Positions 18,061 to 26,286 of a stretch of DNA of 42,509 nt are shown one piece after another (position 1 is the first letter of the stretch; each line of letters starts with the position of its first letter). Source of the DNA: Actinomyces sp. GTDB lineage: Bacteria; Actinomycetota; Actinomycetes; Actinomycetales; Actinomycetaceae. The stretch covers positions 1 to 42,509 of the forward strand of contig DUQT01000154.1 in NCBI GenBank assembly GCA_012837655.1, read 5' to 3'. The translations under genes and the position numbers were made by a program. The notes under the pieces were generated by a model. It was not told the origin of the DNA, did not search any database, and worked only from the letters and a program-made list of their open reading frames with translations.

Positions 18061-18086
18061 ACTCACAACGAGGGGAGGAAAAGCAC

Positions 18087-18572
18087 GTGTCTGATCGGAA
18101 GAAAACGACTTACGTAATCTCTGTCGCGGCTGAACTGGCGGGCATGCACCCGCAAACTTTGCGCCAGTATGACCGTTTGGGAATCGTTATTCCTGCTCGT
18201 ACTAAGGGGCGCGGTCGCCGCTACACTCCTCGTGACGTTGAACGCTTGCGTGAAGTTCAGCGCCTTTCGCAGGATGAAGGCGTAAACCTTGAAGGCATTC
18301 GCCAGATTCTTGACCTGAAAGCGCGCCTTGATGAAGCGTCTTCGACGATGGATCGTATGAGGGCGGAGCTGGAACATCTTCGCGCTCAGGTTCAACTGCA
18401 GGATGAGCGACGCAACCGCGTATTCGCAGCTTCCGCCGACGGTGACGTGCACACATTAAGGTGGGGTGCTCGCGTCAAGGCAAGTGGTGGCGAACTGGTT
18501 CATGTTCCAAGACCCGGATCGATGGTTCGCATCGACCAAAACGACGGCGCCGTGGTGCTGTTCCGCCGCTAA
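18087..18572 (+). CDS. hspR: Heat-shock repressor HspR (MerR family)
   Basis: YVISVAAELAGMHPQTLRQYDRLG..P.RT.GRGRRY, EGVNLEGI; last gene of the dnaK operon. Confidence 0.97.
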   Translation: MSDRKKTTYVISVAAELAGMHPQTLRQYDRLGIVIPARTKGRGRRYTPRDVERLREVQRLSQDEGVNLEGIRQILDLKARLDEASSTMDRMRAELEHLRAQVQLQDERRNRVFAASADGDVHTLRWGARVKASGGELVHVPRPGSMVRIDQNDGAVVLFRR

Positions 18573-18635
18573 ACGTCGGTTGCTGGGCGTTTCCACTTGA
18601 ACGACGCGCGAAGGCCGGCGCGTAGACACAATACT

Positions 18636-18671
18636 TTTGGCCCTGGCTAACTTCGGTTAGCCAGGGCCAAA
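18636..18671. terminator. Probable bidirectional terminator hairpin
   Basis: Perfect 16-bp stem TTTGGCCCTGGCTAAC-TTCG-GTTAGCCAGGGCCAAA between convergent genes. Confidence 0.8.
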
Positions 18672-18702
18672 CTCATACGATCTAGCTTCTTAATACCCCG
18701 CT

Positions 18703-19374
18703 TTAATTTCCAGGTGAAACCTGTAGCTTCTGCCCGTTGGAGTGCGAACAATTAACGGTATTGCCTTCCAGGTGGCAGGTGAAGTCGCCAGCAGCGATGT
18801 CCATGTTTTCGGGCAGAACCGGGGTGTCGAACCAGTTGGTTTCACAGAAACTCGCAGCCCCAGCTCCGCCCTCGAGGCACATTTTTTGGATCGGCACGTC
18901 CGACTGGCAACTACCCATTTGCGGGCCGTCTTCGCGCAGGGTTGCCTGCGTTCCAGAAAGCTGTCCGGCGGGACAGTCCGCTGAAGCCACGTCCTCGGCG
19001 GGAATTTCAAACGCTGGATAGACGCGGCACGCTACGAACGGTGCGTAGTCAAGGTTTTCGGTGATCATGGTGCACTGGATGGAGTGGTCTTCGTTGGCGA
19101 ACCAGTATCCCTTGCGGCCGTCATCCACGTAAACGGTGTCGTCGGGAATCGCGTAAACATCGGCATTCACGGAGTCGCGGTTGGATTCTTCCGGCTCCTC
19201 GGCCGCGGTCGTGGCGTCCTCGGTGGTTTCTTCTTCGGTGACTTCGGTCTGCGCGGATTCTTGCGATTCGGTGGGAGGATCCTCAGGAGGCGTCGACGGC
19301 GAACACGCCGTCAACCCCGTCGCGATTAGGGCGGCAGCGAACAAACTCATGATGCGTGGAAGTGAACGAGTCAC
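18703..19374 (-). CDS. Cysteine-rich lipoprotein
   Basis: GTG after AGGAGG; lipobox LTAC; acidic P/T/E linker; 8 further Cys in the C-terminal domain. The longer ORF-track start overlaps murT and is rejected. Confidence 0.8.
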   Translation of the reverse strand: MTRSLPRIMSLFAAALIATGLTACSPSTPPEDPPTESQESAQTEVTEEETTEDATTAAEEPEESNRDSVNADVYAIPDDTVYVDDGRKGYWFANEDHSIQCTMITENLDYAPFVACRVYPAFEIPAEDVASADCPAGQLSGTQATLREDGPQMGSCQSDVPIQKMCLEGGAGAASFCETNWFDTPVLPENMDIAAGDFTCHLEGNTVNCSHSNGQKLQVSPGN

Positions 19375-19497
19375 GGGTCCTCCTAGGAAAATATCTATAT
19401 GTCGAGTATTACTCACCACAGCGCGTATCGTTAGCCAGACAGACACGGGTATTATTAAAAAGTTGATTTTCGAGGACGTAGCTGAGAAGGGGACTTC

Positions 19498-20790
19498 GTG
19501 GATCTGGGGATACGCGGAAGGTTTGCACGCGCAATGGGACGAACCGCGTCCTGGGCATCTCGAGTGAGCGGGCGCGGATCGGGAGGAATGATCGGCGGGC
19601 GCGTCGCCATGGGGTTGGACCCGAACCTGCTTGCCAAAATTAGCGAAGGAAAAAAAGTCGTAATCGTCACCGGAACCAACGGGAAATCGACTACGACAGC
19701 GATGCTTCGCGAGGCCCTCATGCACGTCGGTTCAGTCGCGTCAAACGTGCATGGTGACAACATGACTGAGGGCGTCCTGGCGGCTCTGCTTGAAAAGCCG
19801 GACGCGGAATACGCGGTGCTGGAAGTTGATGAACTCTACGTCCCCCGCATCGCAAACATGGTGGAGCCGGCGGGTTTCGTGCTGTTGAATCTTTCACGCG
19901 ATCAGCTTGACCGCGTGGGTGAAATGAACTCTGTTGAGGCTCGCATCCGGCAAGCGGTTAATGAGCATCCAGACGCTTTCGTGATCGCTAACTGCGATGA
20001 TCCGCTCATTACTTCTGCCGCGTGGGATAGCCCAAACACGATTTGGGTGGGGGCGGGAACCACCTGGACTTCTGGTTCCGTTACCTTCCCGCGCACAGGC
20101 ACGCCGGTCGTGCATTCGAAGGCGCACTGGCATGTGCCGGCTGATCCCAAATACACGCGCCCGACTTCGCAGTGGTCCCTGGACGGAAAAAACTTGGTTC
20201 ACGGTGACGACAAATACGTGCTCGCCCTGGCCCTCCCCGGTCGCGCAAACCGTGGAAACGCTGCCCAGGCGATTGCCGCCGCACATACTTTAGGCGTGAA
20301 AATTGAAGACGCCATCGGCCAGGTCGGCCACGTCTCCGAGGTATCCGGACGCTACTCGCGCGAAAATCTAGACGGGCGGCTCACCCGCATCCTGCTGGCC
20401 AAGAATCCGGCAGGTTGGCAGGAATCCCTTTCCATGCTCGCAACCCAACCAATCGAAGAAAGATTCGAAAATGGGCAAGAGGTCGTAGCTCCGACCTCGA
20501 TAATCTTGGCGGTAAACGGCCAAGTTGGTGACGGCGAGGACCTGTCGTGGCTGTGGGACGTCGATTTTTCAATGCTGCACAAACATGACGGGCCGATCTT
20601 CGTCTGCGGGGAACGCGGCACGGACATGGCCGTTCGCCTGCTATATGAGGGCGTCGAGTGTCAGGTTGTGGAAACTCCCACGGAAGCGATTCGAAAGGCT
20701 CCGATCGGGTCCGTCGACCTGCTGGCGAACTACACGGCTTTCCGCGACTTCAAGACCGCGATCCCACATGATTTCGGGAAGGAAAAATAA
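19498..20790 (+). CDS. murT: Lipid II isoglutaminyl synthase subunit MurT (Mur ligase + DUF1727)
   Basis: VTGTNGKSTT, LEVDE, LNLSRDQLDR, ANCDDP, LAKNPAG, DLSWLWDVDF, ANYTAF; followed by gatD. Confidence 0.92.
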   Translation: MDLGIRGRFARAMGRTASWASRVSGRGSGGMIGGRVAMGLDPNLLAKISEGKKVVIVTGTNGKSTTTAMLREALMHVGSVASNVHGDNMTEGVLAALLEKPDAEYAVLEVDELYVPRIANMVEPAGFVLLNLSRDQLDRVGEMNSVEARIRQAVNEHPDAFVIANCDDPLITSAAWDSPNTIWVGAGTTWTSGSVTFPRTGTPVVHSKAHWHVPADPKYTRPTSQWSLDGKNLVHGDDKYVLALALPGRANRGNAAQAIAAAHTLGVKIEDAIGQVGHVSEVSGRYSRENLDGRLTRILLAKNPAGWQESLSMLATQPIEERFENGQEVVAPTSIILAVNGQVGDGEDLSWLWDVDFSMLHKHDGPIFVCGERGTDMAVRLLYEGVECQVVETPTEAIRKAPIGSVDLLANYTAFRDFKTAIPHDFGKEK

Positions 20791-21515
20791 TGACTGAATC
20801 GACTGTGCGCATTGGCGTGATCCTTCCCGAGGTCTTCGGAACTTACGGGGATGGCGGAAACGCGACGGTGCTCGCCAAGCGGATGGAATGGCGCGGCATC
20901 GCTTCAGAAATCGTTTCGATTGGGCTGGCAGAACCGGTCCCCTCCGACCTCGATATTTACCTAATTGGCGGTGGCGAGGACGGAACTCAGACCCTGGCAG
21001 TCGAGCACCTGCAGAAATTCCCGGGCTTGCAGCAGGCCGCCAATGGTTCGGCTTCTGTACTCGCCGTTTGTGCGGGCCTACAGATTCTTGGTGAATGGTA
21101 CGAGGACGCAAATGGCAACCGCGTAGAGGGCGTTGGTGCGCTTGACGTTCGCACGACTATGGGGGAGCGCTGCGTTGGTGAACTCGTGTCGACGCCAATG
21201 GTTCCGGGGTTGAGCGACTTGCTTACTGGTTTTGAAAACCATGCGGGCTCTACGCAACTTGGGCCGGATGCCCGTCCCTTTGGCCACGTCCTACGCGGGC
21301 GCGGCAATGATGTGGGCGATCCACTTGGTGATGGGGCTGTGCAGGGAAATATTTTCTCAACGTACATGCACGGTCCAGTTTTAGCACGAAATCCGCAGGT
21401 TGCTGACTTCCTAATCCAGCGCGCAATTGGCGTTGATTCTTTGGAACCACTCGCGCTACCAGACGTGGATCGCTTCCGCGACGAGCGTTTAGAGGCCGCT
21501 GAAATTACGGGCTAG
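20790..21515 (+). CDS. gatD: Glutamine amidotransferase subunit GatD (CobQ-like)
   Basis: GTYGDGGN, GGGED, AVCAGLQILG (catalytic Cys), GFENHAG, TYMHGPVLARNP. Confidence 0.92.
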   Translation: MTESTVRIGVILPEVFGTYGDGGNATVLAKRMEWRGIASEIVSIGLAEPVPSDLDIYLIGGGEDGTQTLAVEHLQKFPGLQQAANGSASVLAVCAGLQILGEWYEDANGNRVEGVGALDVRTTMGERCVGELVSTPMVPGLSDLLTGFENHAGSTQLGPDARPFGHVLRGRGNDVGDPLGDGAVQGNIFSTYMHGPVLARNPQVADFLIQRAIGVDSLEPLALPDVDRFRDERLEAAEITG

Positions 21516-21627
21516 TTTGCAAAACTTGGCACCAGGGCGAGCAGTGTGTGCCTGAGAGTAGGTAGGCTAAGCCTTGACAGAAACTTGCGTGAAAGCGCAT
21601 TCATGAAGTCCGCTAGAAGGAACTGCC

Positions 21628-22734
21628 ATGAGTGAAAATAACTTCCCAAACCCCGCCGAGGACGAAGAACAAAACAACTCCGCGTCTTCGAATGATGCGT
21701 ACTCTTCGAGTGATTCATATGGCTCGAATGAGAATCAGCAGCCTGAATCTACTCAGCCTGCTAATGACCAGCCTCGCTATGGTCGCCGGCTTGAAGACGA
21801 ACCGCAGTTTGGTCGTCGCCTGGAGGATGAGCCGGGCTACTCCGCCGAAAATGGTTCACAGCATCGCACCTTTGATTCTGTACCAGGCGGGCAGAACCAA
21901 GATTCCGCCTCTGGGCAGTCAACATACGGCTCATATGGTCAGGACTCGGGCGGATATCAATCTTCTGGCCAGTACGGTGGTTCCCAGGGGTACGGACAGT
22001 CGGGTTACCAACAGGGGTACGGACAGTCCAATGACCAGGCGGGTTACGGCCAGCCAGGCTACCAGCAGGGCTACGGCCAATCCGGCTACCAGCAGGGTTA
22101 TGGTCAGTCCAACTATCAGCCCGGATACGGGCAAGCCAACTACCAGCCCGGCTACGGCCAGCCGGGCTATGGCCAGGGCGGTCAGCAGGGGTCGGCTCCA
22201 CTTAAGGAACTTCCCGGACGCGGTGGTTCGATCGCACTGATTGTCATTGGTTTGGTCCTGATGCTGATCATATCGCCAGCAGTTTTCTTCATCTCGATGG
22301 CGGTTTCTGCCACCAGCGCGATTGACCCAGACAATTTGCCGCTGTATTCAAACGGCGACACCGTGACTGTTTCGGAATCTGGCACGTTCACTTTGATAGG
22401 AGACAGCGAGCGCGGAGCCCCCGACTGCACCCTCTGGGGCGACTCTGGCGACTATCCGATGGACGTATTTTCAACCGGTGGGCAGGAAGTCGCCATGGTC
22501 GAGGGCGTTCCGGCGGGCACCTATCAGCTCGAATGCGCCAACGCTGATGGAATGCAGATGATCGGAATGGATGGCGGATTCGTCGACAACATTGCCGGCA
22601 AGATTAATCCGGCACTCATCGCTGCTTCGGTCATTGGTGTTGTCGGCCTGATTCTCTTGATCTGGGGCATCGTGAAACTTGTGAAAGTAAATCGCGAACG
22701 CCGCAATATGCAACTGAGAATGCAGGGCTGGTAG
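21628..22734 (+). CDS. Two-TM membrane protein with a long disordered G/Y/Q/S-rich N-terminus
   Basis: Acidic start, two GRRLEDEP repeats, GYGQ/GYQQ pentapeptide array, TM1, loop domain with 2 Cys, TM2, basic tail. Confidence 0.8.
   Translation: MSENNFPNPAEDEEQNNSASSNDAYSSSDSYGSNENQQPESTQPANDQPRYGRRLEDEPQFGRRLEDEPGYSAENGSQHRTFDSVPGGQNQDSASGQSTYGSYGQDSGGYQSSGQYGGSQGYGQSGYQQGYGQSNDQAGYGQPGYQQGYGQSGYQQGYGQSNYQPGYGQANYQPGYGQPGYGQGGQQGSAPLKELPGRGGSIALIVIGLVLMLIISPAVFFISMAVSATSAIDPDNLPLYSNGDTVTVSESGTFTLIGDSERGAPDCTLWGDSGDYPMDVFSTGGQEVAMVEGVPAGTYQLECANADGMQMIGMDGGFVDNIAGKINPALIAASVIGVVGLILLIWGIVKLVKVNRERRNMQLRMQGW
21925..22175 (+). repeat. Coding 15-bp (pentapeptide) tandem repeats
   Basis: [14 protein letters not shown]-type units, e.g. 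GGCTACCAGCAGGG at two positions and CAGGGGTACGGACAGTC-like duplicates. Confidence 0.8.
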
Positions 22735-22774
22735 TCAGTCCACAAAACTGAAGGGGACAATCCCCAGACACAAT

Positions 22775-22803
22775 CGAAGGGGCCGGATCTTCCGGCCCCT
22801 TCG
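22775..22803. terminator. Probable bidirectional terminator hairpin
   Basis: CGAAGGGGCCGGA-TCT-TCCGGCCCCTTCG between convergent genes. Confidence 0.75.
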
Positions 22804-22841
22804 TCATGCTGACACACATTTTTTCGCGCACGAACTAACAG

Positions 22842-24947
22842 TCAGGGCTGCGCAGCAGCGCCCTCGTCAATCGAAGAATCGGACAGTTTTTGCCACAGGA
22901 ATTCCCACGCAAGGGCCGCCATTTTCGCGCGTTGCGCGTTGTCTGCGGCGCCGGCGTGACCGCCTTCAATATTTTCATAGAAGAGGACGTCCTTGCCGGC
23001 CTCATCCATTTGCGCGACCATCGTGCGGGCGTGTGCTGGGTGGACGCGGTCATCGCGGGATGAGGTCATGAATAGGACGGGCGGATAGTCCCGATCCTTG
23101 TTGAACAGGTGGTAGGGGCTGAACGTCTTGATGTACTCCCACTCTGCGGGGTCGTCAGGGTTGCCGTATTCGGCCATCCAGGACGCGCCGGCCAGAAGCG
23201 TATGGTAGCGCTTCATGTCCAGCAGCGGGACTTCAGAGACGATGGCGCCGAAATGCTCCGGATACTTCGTGAGCATGACTCCAGCCAGCAGACCGCCGTT
23301 CGAACCGCCGCGCGCGCCAAGTTGCTTCACCGTGGTGACTCCGCGGGCAACAAGGTCGTCTGCAACGGCGACGAAGTCCTCGTAGGCGTGGTGGCGATTC
23401 TCTTTCAAAGCCGCCTGGTGCCAGGTGGGACCGAATTCGCCGCCACCGCGGATATTCGCGATCACGTAGGTTCCACCGCGCTCCAGCCATGCGCGACCTG
23501 TGGCCGGCGGATAGGACGGCATCAGTGAAACTTCGAAACCGCCGTAACCGTACAGAAGTGTTGGACGCGGCTCTTCGACACCGGACGTGGAGACCTGGAA
23601 GTACGGCACCCTGGTGCCATCCTTCGAGGTCGCAAAGTGCTGGCTGACCTCAAGATTGTCCGCGTTGAAAAGCGTTGGCGCGCTGTGAACGTTGCGAGCA
23701 GACAGGGTCTGGCCAGAACGGGACAGGTTCACAATCGACAGTGTCATCGGAGACGTGAACCCCGTAGCGCGAAGCCACAGGCGGTCATCTTCCTTGCCGT
23801 TTACTGCGCTGACAGTAATCGTTGAATACTCAGGTAGCTGCCATTCCTCGGAGCCGGAGTTCAGCTGCAGGTCGCGGCGATCCCAACCCGCGTTTTCCAT
23901 GAGCGGCGGGGTCAAAATGCCAAGCTTATTAACCACGTTGTGCAGCACGTTCACAATCACGTGGTGACGGGTCAACGTAATATCCTGCAATGCCGTGGTG
24001 TCAGTGGGGGTGAACAGTGCGTACGGCTCAGCCATGTTCGCCAACACATCATCAAACTGGGCTGCGACAAGCGAACCCGACTTGAACGACTTACCTGCGA
24101 CCTCCCAGTCTTCTTTCGGGCGCATTAGGAGCCAGTCACGCCAAGCCACCACATCCACGTGATCGGGAACCGGAATCTTGCGCAGCGTCGAACCCGCGGC
24201 CGGATCAGCGATGTAAGTTTCGCCATTGTAAAAATCCTTCATACGGTTCACAACGACCCGCTTCCAGCCGGGCATATGGTCAACGCCCGCGAAGACGCCC
24301 ACATCGTCCTCGGGAATTTCGAAAACAATCTCAGCGTCTTGCATCTTCTGGCCGCGCTTCCACCTGCGTACCTGGCGCGGATAACCGGACTTCGTCATAG
24401 TGCCGGGGCCGAAATCACGGCCGATCAGAAGCTCGTCCTCGTTTATCCAAGACCAAAATCCTTTGGATTCGGGCATTTGGAAGCCGTTTTCAACGAACTT
24501 GCGCGTGGCAATGTCGAACTCGCGCACGACGTTGGAATCCGAACCGCCGTCAGATAGGGCGATGAGGGCGCGGGTGTACTCGGGGTAAAGGACTGTCGCA
24601 CCCTTGTAAACCCAGGACTTGCCTTCTTCCTCAGCGAGTTTGTCAACGTCGAGTAGGATGTCCCATTCCTTGTCGTCGCCAGCCAGGTAGTGCGTGGAGA
24701 GTTGGCGGCGCCAAAGGCCTCGCGGGTTGTCCTCATCGACCCAAAAGTTGAAAGCCCAGTCGTCACGCAACGTTGCGAACGGAATGCGAGCCGGGTCGTC
24801 CAGGGCTTCGCGGATTTGGTCCCTAATTTCTTCAAAACGATCAGTGTCGAGGACGTCAAGCGCGCGCTTGTTGTGTTCCTCTACCCACGCGAGCGCCTCG
24901 GGTGCATCGATTTCATCTAGCACTTCAGTCGATATGTGTTCAGCCAT
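22842..24947 (-). CDS. Prolyl oligopeptidase family serine peptidase (S9A)
   Basis: LYGYGGF, ANIRGGGEFG, GGSNGGLL (nucleophile), DDRVHP, GGHAG. Confidence 0.95.
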   Translation of the reverse strand: MAEHISTEVLDEIDAPEALAWVEEHNKRALDVLDTDRFEEIRDQIREALDDPARIPFATLRDDWAFNFWVDEDNPRGLWRRQLSTHYLAGDDKEWDILLDVDKLAEEEGKSWVYKGATVLYPEYTRALIALSDGGSDSNVVREFDIATRKFVENGFQMPESKGFWSWINEDELLIGRDFGPGTMTKSGYPRQVRRWKRGQKMQDAEIVFEIPEDDVGVFAGVDHMPGWKRVVVNRMKDFYNGETYIADPAAGSTLRKIPVPDHVDVVAWRDWLLMRPKEDWEVAGKSFKSGSLVAAQFDDVLANMAEPYALFTPTDTTALQDITLTRHHVIVNVLHNVVNKLGILTPPLMENAGWDRRDLQLNSGSEEWQLPEYSTITVSAVNGKEDDRLWLRATGFTSPMTLSIVNLSRSGQTLSARNVHSAPTLFNADNLEVSQHFATSKDGTRVPYFQVSTSGVEEPRPTLLYGYGGFEVSLMPSYPPATGRAWLERGGTYVIANIRGGGEFGPTWHQAALKENRHHAYEDFVAVADDLVARGVTTVKQLGARGGSNGGLLAGVMLTKYPEHFGAIVSEVPLLDMKRYHTLLAGASWMAEYGNPDDPAEWEYIKTFSPYHLFNKDRDYPPVLFMTSSRDDRVHPAHARTMVAQMDEAGKDVLFYENIEGGHAGAADNAQRAKMAALAWEFLWQKLSDSSIDEGAAAQP

Positions 24948-25042
24948 GCTTTCAGTATCGTTGAAAAACTTTGGCTAGACCAGATTTCGCTCCGTTTGGG
25001 AAGGCACCTGCTTTGCGGTGATGCATATTATTGAAGAGCAAT

Positions 25043-25116
25043 GAGCTGCCGGGCGCCGGTCGGGACGAACCGACCCAGATGGTGTGGCCCCCAGTGAAGG
25101 TAGCCGCTCCCGGCTC
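25043..25116 (-). ncRNA. Candidate structured RNA of unknown class (tRNA-shaped multibranch fold)
   Basis: GC-rich island in an AT-rich spacer; closing stem GCCGGG/CCCGGC encloses two hairpins, one with a T-arm-like GGUCGG-UUCGUC-CCGACC; folded by eye only. Confidence 0.3.
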
Positions 25117-25227
25117 GATAACACGGAAATCCACAGAGCAATCAGCTCACATCAAAACACAGTGCGAAGCCGTAAGACAGATGGCAAGACAATTTTTGAA
25201 ATCTTTAAGTCGGAAGGGGAAGTGGAA

Positions 25228-26001
25228 ATGGCCGATTTAAGAGGAATTTTGTTCGACTGTGATGGTGTCCTAGCTGAAACGGAGCGCACCGGCCACAGAG
25301 TCGCCTTCAACAGAGCATTTGAGAAAATTGATCTACCCTTTCAATGGGACCCTGACGAATACGGCGAGTACGTAAAGATAGGCGGGGGAAAGAACAGGGT
25401 TCGAAACTACCTGGAAGAACGAAACTGGGATTTTCCGGGTGTCCCCGAAACTGAAGAAGAACGCAAGGCCTATATTGACGCCCTGCACAGAGAAAAATCG
25501 CAGGCTTTCGTTGAGATCGTTGATGAGGGGCAAGTGCCAGCCCGTGAGGGCGTGAAAAGGTTGATTGAGGAGGCCCTGGAACGAGGTCTCAAAGTCGCCA
25601 TTGTTTCCTCATCTGCAATCATTTCTGTAGAAAAGGTCCTACAACATGTTGTTGGCGAAGAAACCGCGCAGAAGATCAGAGTTTTTGGCGGTGAACATGT
25701 TGCCGAATCGAAGCCAAATCCAGCGCTGTATCTGCACGCATTAGACGAGTTGGGCTTGCAGGCAGAGGATGTGGTTGTAGTCGAGGACACGAGAATCGGT
25801 TGTCTTGCAGGAGTACGTGCCGGTTGCCGAGTATTGGTTACTCCATCCGACTACTCAAAGCAAGAAGATTTTGCTGAGGCCTCGGCTGTAGTTTCATCGC
25901 TTGGAAGTGTCGAAAACCGCGCCACGCTTATCGACGGCCCTGAAGAAGTCCTAGAGGACGGGTGTGTAACCGTGTATACGTTAGCGACCCTACTTAAGTA
26001 G
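25228..26001 (+). CDS. HAD-IA hydrolase, CbbY-like sugar-phosphate phosphatase
   Basis: FDCDGVLAETERTGHRVAFN, YG..KIGGGK.R, VSSS, KPNPALY, VVVEDT..G, QEDF; start at ATG after the GAAGGGGA purine run. Confidence 0.85.
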   Translation: MADLRGILFDCDGVLAETERTGHRVAFNRAFEKIDLPFQWDPDEYGEYVKIGGGKNRVRNYLEERNWDFPGVPETEEERKAYIDALHREKSQAFVEIVDEGQVPAREGVKRLIEEALERGLKVAIVSSSAIISVEKVLQHVVGEETAQKIRVFGGEHVAESKPNPALYLHALDELGLQAEDVVVVEDTRIGCLAGVRAGCRVLVTPSDYSKQEDFAEASAVVSSLGSVENRATLIDGPEEVLEDGCVTVYTLATLLK

Positions 26002-26040
26002 TGTCGGTAAAGCGCTCCTAATGTAAAATCTCTTAGGTGG

Positions 26041-26128
26041 TAGTCCTAAAACTCCTTAGCAATAGCCGGTAAGCCCTATTTAGGCAGTAGCCCGCAAAAC
26101 CTCCATGACTAATAGCCCGCAAAAACGG
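26041..26128. repeat. Degenerate 22-25-bp tandem array
   Basis: TAGTCCTAAAAC (26041), TAGCCGGTAAGC (26063), TAGCCCGCAAAAC (26088), TAGCCCGCAAAAAC (26113). Confidence 0.55.
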
Positions 26129-26199
26129 AGGCGCCAAAGCTGAAGGCACGTAGTTTACGATATTTAGCCACTTTGTGACGCGCATTGCACCACGAAAAG

Positions 26200-26224
26200 A
26201 AGTTGAGTGGAATAGACTCAACTT
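26200..26224. promoter_or_regulatory. HAIR operator upstream of clpB
   Basis: AAGTTGAGT-GGAATAG-ACTCAACTT, perfect 9-bp arms. Confidence 0.9.
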
Positions 26225-26234
26225 TAGAGGCGTT
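26209..26234 (+). promoter_or_regulatory. SigH/SigR-type promoter of clpB
   Basis: GGAAT (26209-26213)-N18-GTT (26232-26234), with the -35 inside the HAIR spacer. Confidence 0.7.
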
Positions 26235-26286
26235 GTACCTAATAGATGAAAATTCTCGCCTTAATGGCACTAAGGAAGGTACTGAA

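Noticed and set aside
19375-19725. N-terminal extension of the 340-aa minus-strand ORF
   Set aside because: Overlaps murT on the opposite strand; the RBS and signal peptide begin at GTG 19374
20790-21515. Cobyric acid synthase CobQ (B12 synthesis)
   Set aside because: Only the glutaminase domain is present and it is coupled to murT, so it is GatD
25043-25116. tRNA-Sec (CUUCA loop), guanidine-II/III riboswitch, SRP RNA or group II intron domain V
   Set aside because: No proper anticodon stem or CCA; only one ACGA-containing hairpin and it lacks the closing G-C pair; SRP core and domain V 3' half are absent. Kept only as an unclassified candidate
26185-26286. Extended ClpB N-terminus
   Set aside because: Spans the HAIR and promoter; the RBS and ClpB-like sequence start at GTG 26287
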